In this document: positions 10,501 through 18,580 of the stretch, one piece after another
Layout: every line of letters starts with the position of its first letter
Numbering within the stretch: position 1 is the first letter of the stretch
IMG/VR virus record: IMGVR_UViG_3300007734_000748
Location: 769-64,768 of that record
DNA: 64,000 bases
DNA from: a virus
Taxonomy: Duplodnaviria; Caudoviricetes
Strand: one strand, 5' to 3'
Made by a program: the position numbers and the translations under genes
Notes under the pieces: generated by a model
What the model was told of the DNA's origin: nothing
Databases searched by the model: none
Seen by the model: the letters and a program-made list of their open reading frames with translations, nothing else

Positions 10501-13500
10501 TCGCTGTCGGTGGTGTTTGGCTTGATGTTGAAGATACGCCCAACGGCATTGGTAAAGGTGTTCCACAACGAGAACGGCGCTGCTTGGTAACGAATCTCCC
10601 GCAGCAATGCTTGGAACTCTGGGTTGGTCATAGCCTCGGACACAAATTCGTGCAGGTCTTGCAGCCCGTACAAATTGTCTTCGCTTAGCCCTTCCAACGA
10701 CAATATGCCCTTGGCGTGGTTGTACAGCTTGACCAGTTGGTCATAGCCTTGCCGCTGGATGTCGTTGACCTTATTTAGTTTACCTGTTGTGGGCGTAGCC
10801 GCCATCATGTCGATCAGGCGGGCAAGGGCAGCGTGGAGCGACTCGTGCAACAGGGTATGGTTGTTGAACTGAGAGGCTTTGTTGCCGCCTTCACGCAGAA
10901 TAACTTCATCAGTGGCCGGGTCGTACATGCCCGCCCAAGTGAATTGCTTGTCCAGCAGGGCCGTGGTTTCACCCAGAATTTCACGCTGAGCTTCGTTCTT
11001 AAACTCATCGTTCAGTCTATCTACGGCGGACAGGATACCGCCCAACTTCTTGGAGTTGAGGTCCGCAAGAATTGATTTCTTGGTTGCCGCATCCATAGAG
11101 GACACTTCAATCATGTCGGAGAGTGCCCGGACCTTGGCGTCCAATGCCTCTTTGTCGGCTTTTTTGCCAGACAGCGGTTCAAGGTGATCGCTGCCCACCA
11201 CCCTGGATTTGGCGGTAAGTCCAGAGTCCAGCAAGCGGTTTGCAAGCACAGCGTAGTACGGGTTGTTCTTGGCATCAGCCATTAGCTTCAGCGCACCCTT
11301 GAGGTCACCCGTCTTTAGCAAGCTTGCGATGGCTGGGTTGACCTGTGACAACATTTGCACCACAGGCAAGCCTTTGGCGATGGGCTTAAGTTTTGGTGCT
11401 CTTGGAACCTTGACCCCGGTGGTTGTTTCTGCTTTCTGGAGTTTGGCTTGAACCCGCTCCTTACGCAGCACCTCATACTTGGTGATGGCCTCGCTGAACT
11501 TCTTGGCTTCGTTGATGTCGCTTTGAAAATCAGCCACCATGCTCTTGAAAATGGCCTGCGTCTCGCTGTCAAGATTCTTGTTAACCCAATTACGGAAATC
11601 AACGGCGTACTTACCGCCTTCGCCCTCATACAGCGTGTTGGCAGCAACAGATGCTTTCACATCCTTGTCCACTACGGGCAGCTTGTTAAGCTGCTCTGGC
11701 GACAGATCAGGTGCAAGTGCTTCAATCTCGGCTATGGTTTTGCCGTAACGCTGTGATAGGTATGACTGCCACTGCGCCAAATCAGACGCCGCATCGGCCA
11801 GCACCTTACCAAAAGAATTCCTGCGTGGGTTGTCGATATAGTTTTTCGCCGCCAACAAACCCGCTGACAACTCGTCTTTGTAATTACGCAAGTTGTACAG
11901 CATCTTCAAAATTGCTGGCAAGCTGCGGTCGGTGATGAGGTACTCTTCCTCTACGCTGGCAGTGCTGGGTTTACGAGGCTTGCCTTCGCCAGTTTTACCG
12001 TGCACTTTGGTGACCATGCGGGCGATGGTCACTTTGGAAATATATATACCTTTTTGTATACGGTCTTTGACCTTGCCCGCCGCACCTTCTTTTGTGCCGG
12101 GCAGGATGTCAATGTACTTCTTAATCTGTTCGTTGAACTCCTCCATCCCACGGCGGGTCGTGAGGTCAGGGAGGTTATGGTTTGTGAAGAACCGTGACTG
12201 CGCCGCTGCGCTCATGTTAGGCAAATCATTCAGTGCTTGCTCAAAGTCAGGCATGCCACCCATACGGCTGGCAATGTACTTCAGCATAGCCCGGACACCC
12301 CGGCTATATTCCTGGCCTTTGGCAACAATGTCGTAACTCAGCATGCGCTTGAGCGCCACGCCTTTTAGAGATTCGTGTTTGCTTTGTTCGCTTTCTGTAC
12401 CAGACTGGGGCAGGATAGCGTCAAAGAAAGCCGTAAGAAGCTTGCCCTCTTTGGTCTTGGCCACGTTGGCAATACCCAGATCATTTTCAGCTTTGTCGGC
12501 CAGCGTTTGTTCAACATCTTCGGTTGTTTCGGCGCTTACCCTTTCTGCTTCTTTTTCGGGCTGAGCTTCTTTCTTTTCTGCAACCTGACGGCGTTTGTAT
12601 ACGTCTGCGCGTTCAAACTTTACGTCCTCGCCGTAGTCAGTGACGAGTTGATCTCGCATGCTCTTGGAGACCTCCGTGCCCGCCTCAACCGGACTCATGC
12701 CCGGCTCGGTGATCACGTACGAAATTGCTTTACCAACAGGTGCTTTTTCTTCACGCTCGGCTTTGGGCGCAGTTTCTTTGGGTTCCGGTTTTGCGGTAAA
12801 CACGTCTTCAAACGCTTCACCCGACGTAACTTCGGTGGGTTCTTTCTTTGGTTCTGCACCAAACAAACTCCTTTGCATACCCTTGCGTTCACCGGACAGC
12901 AATGCAATCGCTTGGTCGATCGTAGTGGTCTGGCGGTCAACGTGTTGCCGGGCTAATGTTTCAACATTGGCAACGGCTTCACCAGCAGGTAGTCCAGGGG
13001 CTTTTTGTGAAAGTGCCCAAGTCTTGTCGTATACACCAGCAGCCAAATCCTTCAGGAGTTTGGCCTTGCTTCTCTCAAGCACGCGAACAGCTTCTTCGCG
13101 GTCCTGGCCCGCCAACGCCAACGCAGACTCCACCCGACGCTCAACACTGGGCCCCTTGGTAAACATTTGCGTTTGCATTCCGCGACGCTGGCCAACTTGT
13201 TTGAGAGCGCCACGCCCGTCAAACTTGGGGTCTACCAAGTTATCTACCAACGTGGGGTCAAGGTTACCCAACAGTGGGCTGTTGATCTGCACAAGCGATT
13301 GAAGTATCTTTTCAGCGGCCTCGCGTTTTTCTTTGACGATAAAGTCAAATCTATTTTCAGGCTTGCTCAACGCGTCAATCCGCGCCCGCAGGTCGTCGTA
13401 CTGTTCTTTGAACTCACCAAACGATTCGGCAGGAGCCAACTCTGCGACTGGAGCAGCAGGAGGCGGGGTTGGCCTTGCTGGTTTTGCTGTTGGTTTATTT

Positions 13501-14957
13501 AACTCAACAATCCCAACTTGTTCTTGTGGCGCTTCATCTCGCTGGCCGGTAGTACCTTCTATATATGCCTTAGATTGCGTGAAGGGTTTTTGGCCTTGAA
13601 CATCAGCGCCTGTCTCCACATCCTCAAACAGGCCCGGAGGCTCCGCAGACGGGGGTGGAGTAAGGTCGGGTTCACCATATTTGGCAGACACAGTTTGGCC
13701 AGAAGCAGGCACACGGGTTGCATACTTCTCGACTTCGGTTGGGACTAATGCACTGGGTTGCTGTTCTTCTCTTGCAGCAGCGCCTGCAACATCCGCTCCA
13801 GCAGGAACCACTCCAGGGGGTCCAGCTTCTCCAGGTCCTGCGGAGGGTGGCACTGCACTGGTTGCGCCAGCCAGTGGAGCGCCTTCTCCACCTGTTGTAC
13901 TGATAGGTTGTCCAACATCGGTTGCTTCCTTCTCCAGTGTGTCTTTGACCCAAGCTGGGACTTCGGTACGCAATAACGCCTGACCCTCTGGCGTGCGCCT
14001 AGCTTGGAATGTTTGGGCCGCACCACTATATGCGCCCATTGGCCCACCAAGCAAGAGGGCTCCACCTGCGGCTTCCAGATATTCTTTGGCGGCTTCGGGG
14101 TCTTTAAATGGATCGAGCGCCAGACCCGCCTGCCACCGCTCCAACACTTGTTGGGTTACCTCTTGCGGCACTTCAAATGCGATACCTGATGCGGTGCCTT
14201 TGGCCACAGCTTTCTTGTATGCGTTGGGTTTGGTCGCGGCTTCAACAATTTCAAGCGCGGCTTTTTCAGCGGCAGCTTTGCCCTCTATACCAACCAACTG
14301 GCCCAGGGGTTTGAAGAACTTAAACCCAAAAATGTCCAACGCGGTTTGACCTGCTGCCGCAGTCGTTGCAGTCAGCCGGTTGATGTCTTCATAAACTTGG
14401 CCTTTTTTGGCCTGCTCTTCTTTTTGACGGGAGATGTTGTCTGCGATGTACGAGCCAAGTGCAGTCAACCCGTATGCCGCAGTGCCAATTGCTGCGGCGG
14501 GCAGAGCGGCAGGAGCCGCCAATGCTGCACCAGCACCAGCAACCATGGCAGGGGCCATTGACCCCAAGGACGACCCAGCAACTTCTTTAAATTTATCAAC
14601 CGTTTTACCCAGCGCAGTGCCATACGCACCTTGTTTGAACGCGTCGCCAATCTCGCTGAATTCGGTCTGTTTATAAACATCACCAGCTTCTTTTTTGGCC
14701 CGTGCCAGTTCATCGGTAGCAGCTTTTTGATCCCCCAGCCCGGTGAACAACTGCGCTGTTGGTAGGGCTGTGGTAACGCGTTCTTTTAGCGCAGAACCAA
14801 AAGACCCGAAGAACCCGCCTGACTCAGTGGGTTCGGGCTTCGCGGGTTCTCCAACTGGAGTACCACCAAACTGAGAAGCAAGCGCAGCGTAGTCTACGCC
14901 TTGCTTAGATGGAGCGGGGACACCCCCAAACTCGGCTGCAAGTTTGGCGTAGTCCAT
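7569..14957 (-). CDS. large polyvalent internal virion/ejection protein (MPTase-like zincin + PLxRFG-like domain)
   Basis: 2462 aa, last gene of the virion operon; LLHESLH...HEFVSEAMTNPEFQ metallopeptidase; GPYFPLMRHGRFW PLxRFG-like motif. Confidence 0.8.
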   Translation of the reverse strand: MDYAKLAAEFGGVPAPSKQGVDYAALASQFGGTPVGEPAKPEPTESGGFFGSFGSALKERVTTALPTAQLFTGLGDQKAATDELARAKKEAGDVYKQTEFSEIGDAFKQGAYGTALGKTVDKFKEVAGSSLGSMAPAMVAGAGAALAAPAALPAAAIGTAAYGLTALGSYIADNISRQKEEQAKKGQVYEDINRLTATTAAAGQTALDIFGFKFFKPLGQLVGIEGKAAAEKAALEIVEAATKPNAYKKAVAKGTASGIAFEVPQEVTQQVLERWQAGLALDPFKDPEAAKEYLEAAGGALLLGGPMGAYSGAAQTFQARRTPEGQALLRTEVPAWVKDTLEKEATDVGQPISTTGGEGAPLAGATSAVPPSAGPGEAGPPGVVPAGADVAGAAAREEQQPSALVPTEVEKYATRVPASGQTVSAKYGEPDLTPPPSAEPPGLFEDVETGADVQGQKPFTQSKAYIEGTTGQRDEAPQEQVGIVELNKPTAKPARPTPPPAAPVAELAPAESFGEFKEQYDDLRARIDALSKPENRFDFIVKEKREAAEKILQSLVQINSPLLGNLDPTLVDNLVDPKFDGRGALKQVGQRRGMQTQMFTKGPSVERRVESALALAGQDREEAVRVLERSKAKLLKDLAAGVYDKTWALSQKAPGLPAGEAVANVETLARQHVDRQTTTIDQAIALLSGERKGMQRSLFGAEPKKEPTEVTSGEAFEDVFTAKPEPKETAPKAEREEKAPVGKAISYVITEPGMSPVEAGTEVSKSMRDQLVTDYGEDVKFERADVYKRRQVAEKKEAQPEKEAERVSAETTEDVEQTLADKAENDLGIANVAKTKEGKLLTAFFDAILPQSGTESEQSKHESLKGVALKRMLSYDIVAKGQEYSRGVRAMLKYIASRMGGMPDFEQALNDLPNMSAAAQSRFFTNHNLPDLTTRRGMEEFNEQIKKYIDILPGTKEGAAGKVKDRIQKGIYISKVTIARMVTKVHGKTGEGKPRKPSTASVEEEYLITDRSLPAILKMLYNLRNYKDELSAGLLAAKNYIDNPRRNSFGKVLADAASDLAQWQSYLSQRYGKTIAEIEALAPDLSPEQLNKLPVVDKDVKASVAANTLYEGEGGKYAVDFRNWVNKNLDSETQAIFKSMVADFQSDINEAKKFSEAITKYEVLRKERVQAKLQKAETTTGVKVPRAPKLKPIAKGLPVVQMLSQVNPAIASLLKTGDLKGALKLMADAKNNPYYAVLANRLLDSGLTAKSRVVGSDHLEPLSGKKADKEALDAKVRALSDMIEVSSMDAATKKSILADLNSKKLGGILSAVDRLNDEFKNEAQREILGETTALLDKQFTWAGMYDPATDEVILREGGNKASQFNNHTLLHESLHAALARLIDMMAATPTTGKLNKVNDIQRQGYDQLVKLYNHAKGILSLEGLSEDNLYGLQDLHEFVSEAMTNPEFQALLREIRYQAAPFSLWNTFTNAVGRIFNIKPNTTDSDVLIEVMKATDAMMAGPMALEGLAPATERKGLTVKGAAKPVPRSLPNTPTSLSNLMSARSWAEVKGSFPILYNSAKASSRPVALGMLTMRQIADLVRNRIPQVNNFIQVAEDFLARKNNILRESGDISKRWERMQSADPNMSRLLAKVMHGATISEVDPDKATTDQRNRNVQLLQDWNQLSPVAKAIYRQVRDFYERRYEEYKGLMNQRVTQMRQLGVSEQTILEIRNEFEKNKRKGPYFPLMRHGRFWYQIGKGKTREYYMFESAGQKEIHMAQRIAQNPELESTVKEGSEFAQQMDLHARESNFLRESFAAIDSANITGANSAAEKQNLKDSIYQTFLANQPERSFRNQFMHRNNVAGYSEDALRNFASSSFHMAYQMARFEHSPNMFSQIEAARIQLKDRIDVNKGYDVKLSRENTELSDYVTEMDRRLKLMLNPTDIGIIPSLLSNIGFIWYLTAPASAIVNILGGMTIGLPTLVGQYVKANPKASYTEATLAALGQMKTAAGQIIATGFNIERGERLRDNRVMFPTLDRTKSMSKTERAAYDRFVADGLIDITAVYDQSGLAASPTESYTGLRHRGMEMLTSLFHNAERFNREVMAMSAFRLAMEKRKDYADKDLAFAESIAEAKDTTNRSMFDYSSPNKPRYFQHPVARVVLQFKQFPQQMTFFLAHNMVNMLKGATPADRREARARFVGTMGMAGIFSGVTGLWGFSTVASIVNAVVNGLADDDEPPFEFELEFANWAVETFGKNVGTMLTRGIGNAAGIDLASRLKLDDMWLRDSRKNQDEVESLQSLLVDLLGPTVGLAVNAAEAVKLYNEGHADRALETIAPAFIKQPIVAARYANEGVNTLRGDPLMEEVGPFYLFMQSLGLRSAELAEIQFYNITIKGQEQAILKERQNLLNLYALAFMANDADTVEKAYDKIDKFNSKNPTVFIPADSMSKSITERLKKSSQTDHGLYIDPKLEGVLRRHTYLD
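13745..13918 (-). CDS. putative nested out-of-frame gene (57 aa) inside the giant protein gene
   Basis: GGAGAAGGAAG RBS then ATG; product MLDNLSVQQVEKALHWL...LEWFLLERMLQALLQEK looks like an amphipathic helical protein while the host frame is a low-complexity linker. Confidence 0.55.
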   Translation of the reverse strand: MLDNLSVQQVEKALHWLAQPVQCHPPQDLEKLDPLEWFLLERMLQALLQEKNSNPVH

Positions 14958-16870
14958 TAGCCACCTATTTTTTGTTTGAAGGCATCAGCTTCGGCCTGAG
15001 AATTAAATTGGTATGTTTTTCCGTCCGGCGCAGAAACAGTAAACTGCCCACCGCCGCCTTCAGCTCCCATTTCTTTACGCACTTGGTCCGCAATCTTTTT
15101 ACGGCGTGCAACAAGCTCTGCTTCTTTGTCTGGTTTTAGGTTACCGCTTTGAAGTTGGGCGTCTATCATAGCGGTGCGTTTGCTAATCGCATCCTGTATT
15201 GCTTTGCTGTCTTTTGTTGACGTATCCTGTCCCTCATACTTGACCCCGCCAACGGCTGCACGCACTCTGGCTTCATCCGCCAAGAATGCGTCTGCTGCTT
15301 TCTGGCCGTTGGCCCCCAATATGCGGCGGTATTCAGCGCCAACGCGCTCTGATTCGCTGGGCTTGGTAAGGCCCGCTCTGGTAGCGGCAGCATGAATGTT
15401 GGCAACTTGCAAAGAAGTGAGGTTGCTCATGCCTGTTGTTGTCAACTGTGTAGCAGCTTGCAGCCCCTGCCCAGAAGCAGTGGCCTTAGTCGTCATGATT
15501 GACTTCTCAAGGTCAACTTCAGCCTTCTTGTAGTCAGCTTGAGCCTTACGTTCTTCCTCACGGGCCCGGATAATATCCGAAGCTCTTCCGCTACGAACTG
15601 CCTCATCAGCTTTCTCAACCGCATCTTTCAATGCATCTTCGGCTTTGGAGAACGCAAGTTTGGCTTCACGCTCACGTTTGAGTTGACTTGAGTACTCGCC
15701 AGCCGCGCCAGCAATAGCGCCGGGGCGTATGCCCGCACGAATCATGTCGATCACATCTTCAGAAGTGCTGGGGCGAGACTGTTCAAACTCTTGGCGCATG
15801 TTGGCGATCTGCTCACGGCGGTTTTTACCGTAAGTGCCAACACCAGTGAGGTCTTGTATTTTGGCTTGCTCCGCTGCAATCTCTTCAATAGAGCGCGTGG
15901 TCGGCGCAGCTTTTCCATACGCAGCCCTAATTCCTGCTTCATCAACTTGCGGCGTCAGTTTTTGGGCTAACGCGCCAACACCTTGGTCTAAACCAGGAGC
16001 GGCAGCGGCAGGACGTGGTGCAGCGGCAGCGGGACGTGGAGCGGCAGGGGCAGCGGCAGAAACAGGAGCAGCGGTGGGAGCAGCAGCAGGAGGTGACGGC
16101 GCAGCAACCGGCGCAGCAGGAGCAGCGGTTGGGCTGGGTGCGGTGGTATCTGGAGCCTCGTCAAAACGCATGGGTGTGGGTGTAGGACGGGACACCACAG
16201 AACTGAGCAGTCTTCCAATCCCCCCAACAATATCCGGACGTGCAGGTGGCTTGCCCATCCCAACAGTGGCTTCCGTATCTTCGCTGTCTTTAGCAGCGGC
16301 TCGTTCTGCGGCCAACGCTTTTGCGCGCGCTTCTGCGCCGAGCTTACGCATCTCTAATTCATTCTCAAGCTTTTCGCGTTCTTCTTTTGTCAAAGGTTTT
16401 TCTTTGCCCAACTCTACGCGGCTGCCTGTTTCACCTGAAAACGACACAATGCCACCGGGGGCAAAGTCAAACATGCGGGGGTCAACACGAGCGTGCATCA
16501 GCCCACCACCCGCTGCCATCTGCGTTTCTGCTTCAGGCTGCATCTGTGGCTGGGGTACATTCTCTGGGACAGGCATAGCTTGCGGAGCAGCTTGAGCCAT
16601 TTGTTGGGCGGCTTGTTGTTGCTGCCCGCCACGAAGCGCCATGATCCCGGCAGCTTGTTCAATCTTGTCTTTGACTGTGCCTTGGGGTGGTTGCGCGGGT
16701 TTATTGCTCGCCATCTCCTGCTTCATCTGCTCCAAACGACCCAACGCCATGTAGCGGGGGATTTGTGGGTTAGCCCCATTGGCCAGCGCCATCAAATATT
16801 TGATGGAATCAGGTGAAGGAGGCAAAGAAGCTAATTCAGCTTGTGCCTTAAAGGGACTGAGTGCATTCAT
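14957..16870 (-). CDS. internal virion/DNA ejection protein
   Basis: Ala/Gln-rich helical protein with a Pro/Ala linker; directly before the giant protein. Confidence 0.65.
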   Translation of the reverse strand: MNALSPFKAQAELASLPPSPDSIKYLMALANGANPQIPRYMALGRLEQMKQEMASNKPAQPPQGTVKDKIEQAAGIMALRGGQQQQAAQQMAQAAPQAMPVPENVPQPQMQPEAETQMAAGGGLMHARVDPRMFDFAPGGIVSFSGETGSRVELGKEKPLTKEEREKLENELEMRKLGAEARAKALAAERAAAKDSEDTEATVGMGKPPARPDIVGGIGRLLSSVVSRPTPTPMRFDEAPDTTAPSPTAAPAAPVAAPSPPAAAPTAAPVSAAAPAAPRPAAAAPRPAAAAPGLDQGVGALAQKLTPQVDEAGIRAAYGKAAPTTRSIEEIAAEQAKIQDLTGVGTYGKNRREQIANMRQEFEQSRPSTSEDVIDMIRAGIRPGAIAGAAGEYSSQLKREREAKLAFSKAEDALKDAVEKADEAVRSGRASDIIRAREEERKAQADYKKAEVDLEKSIMTTKATASGQGLQAATQLTTTGMSNLTSLQVANIHAAATRAGLTKPSESERVGAEYRRILGANGQKAADAFLADEARVRAAVGGVKYEGQDTSTKDSKAIQDAISKRTAMIDAQLQSGNLKPDKEAELVARRKKIADQVRKEMGAEGGGGQFTVSAPDGKTYQFNSQAEADAFKQKIGG

Positions 16871-17679
16871 TTTGGAATAACCCCTAATTTTTGCAGCAAC
16901 GCATAGGTATCAGCCCCTGCGGCAGAATACTGCTGACCAGAAGTCATTCCCTGCGGTACATTTGCAACAGTAGAAATTGGTAAACCCTGCAACATGGATT
17001 GTTGAAACTGCAACTGCTTCATTGGGAAATCACGTTGCTGTAAGAACTCGTTGTAGTCAGCGGTCACACCTTGCTGCTCAAGCCCTTGCTGTTGCTGGCC
17101 TATATTGCTCATCAATGACGCAACCCCTTGGGCCTGCCCTTGCTCAGTATTAAATTGCTGTCGACCTGTGTCAAACGCATTAGCGTACCCGGCTCCAATG
17201 GCTTTGTTTTGCTCCATCGCCATATTGCGTTGGGTTTCAGCATCCATGATAGCTTGCCGACCACCGCCAAACGCGCCCGCTTGAGTAAGTTTGCCAGCAT
17301 TTCCCAGTTGCGTAATTTGGGCTTGCCTACGCATTTCCTCCAACTGGGGGTTAAGCACGTTTTGCAAATACGGATTCATATACTGCGCGGCTATGCCCGT
17401 GCCGCCCGTAGGTTGGCCACCCGCACCTGCGGTGGGAGCGCCTGCGTTAGTAAAGCTTTGCCCTAAGGTAGAAGGCAGAGTTAGGCCACCAATACCGCTA
17501 AACAGATTTTGTTGGATCTGACCGGGGCCAGCAGTCAACGGGCCTTGGTACGTTTGGTACGGTGACTCCGCCAATGCTTGGGTTTTACCCAGCATCCCAG
17601 TTACATACGGGCCAGCCCACTCAGAAAGAGTGGATGTGTTTGCCGCGCCGCCCGTTGGAGATGTTGAAGTTCCTGCCAT
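16867..17679 (-). CDS. DNA transfer/ejection protein
   Basis: Gly/Gln-rich; YMNPY...AGAFGGGRQA motif typical of podoviral ejection proteins. Confidence 0.65.
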   Translation of the reverse strand: MAGTSTSPTGGAANTSTLSEWAGPYVTGMLGKTQALAESPYQTYQGPLTAGPGQIQQNLFSGIGGLTLPSTLGQSFTNAGAPTAGAGGQPTGGTGIAAQYMNPYLQNVLNPQLEEMRRQAQITQLGNAGKLTQAGAFGGGRQAIMDAETQRNMAMEQNKAIGAGYANAFDTGRQQFNTEQGQAQGVASLMSNIGQQQQGLEQQGVTADYNEFLQQRDFPMKQLQFQQSMLQGLPISTVANVPQGMTSGQQYSAAGADTYALLQKLGVIPK

Positions 17680-17688
17680 GATTGCCCC

Positions 17689-18579
17689 TTAACTTGGAAG
17701 ATACTTGTCTGCCTTGGTATTGGCAGCGACATTTTTAATACTCTTTTTACGAGCGTTCTGGATACGGTCCATCATCGCGTAAAGCTTACGCGCCCCTGCT
17801 TCAGAAGAGCCGTTACCAATCTCAGAAACAATTCGTGCAGGAATGACAAACTCCCCATCTGCAAGGCGTGCAGGTTGCTTCCCCCCAATAGTAGCAGGGA
17901 TCGAGTCAGATACACCATCTCCGGGACCTTTTAGCATACGCCCGCCGTCTGAGTAACCGCCCAGCGTAGAAATTCCCCCGCCCGCCGCTTTGGCCACAGG
18001 TACTTGTTGCGCCGCAATATTTTTGGCTTCTTGGCGCTGGCCCGTCAATGCCGCACCTGCCGCAGAAGGAGCCACGTATTGTGTTGGCGTGAAGTAAGTA
18101 CGCCCACCTTGGCCGGGGCGGTAATTTGTGGTGTCACCCAGTGGCACTTGTTGGCGAGTGGCAACTAGACTGGGTATACCGCCCTGGTATCCTTTATACA
18201 CACCCTGCTGTGTATCTTGGCCCGTTAACCCCAAACTTTTACCCGCCGCTGCTAAAGCAGCTACACCCAACATTTGCCCAGCAACTCCGTACTTGCTGTT
18301 GCCCGAAAGGACATCTTTGGCAAGCTGTCCACCCGCGTTAATGGCTTTGAGCCAGTCAGGTGGTTCGGCCCATTTACCAGTTGTTGGATCCAGCCCAGGA
18401 TTGATTAAGCCCGTTTTAGGGTCAAAGGAATAGTCTCCGGGGTCTACCCCGCCATAGTCATTGCCCGTATTACCCGTAGTGGGTGGCGTTGGTTCAACAG
18501 GAGAAGGATTGTCCACGGGATCGTCTTCCCAATAATAGGAAGGCGTGCCGTCGTCTTCGTATAAAACTTTATATCCCAT
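17689..18579 (-). CDS. putative internal virion protein
   Basis: C-terminal GPGDGVSDSIPA...LADGEFVIPA domain; start taken at ATG 18579 with GGAAAGG upstream. Confidence 0.65.
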   Translation of the reverse strand: MGYKVLYEDDGTPSYYWEDDPVDNPSPVEPTPPTTGNTGNDYGGVDPGDYSFDPKTGLINPGLDPTTGKWAEPPDWLKAINAGGQLAKDVLSGNSKYGVAGQMLGVAALAAAGKSLGLTGQDTQQGVYKGYQGGIPSLVATRQQVPLGDTTNYRPGQGGRTYFTPTQYVAPSAAGAALTGQRQEAKNIAAQQVPVAKAAGGGISTLGGYSDGGRMLKGPGDGVSDSIPATIGGKQPARLADGEFVIPARIVSEIGNGSSEAGARKLYAMMDRIQNARKKSIKNVAANTKADKYLPS

Positions 18580-18580
18580 A

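Noticed and set aside
7569-14957. N4-like virion RNA polymerase reading hairpin promoters
   Set aside because: I could not find T7-type RNAP catalytic motifs; peptidase and PLxRFG-like motifs fit better, although a profile search is needed to exclude it fully
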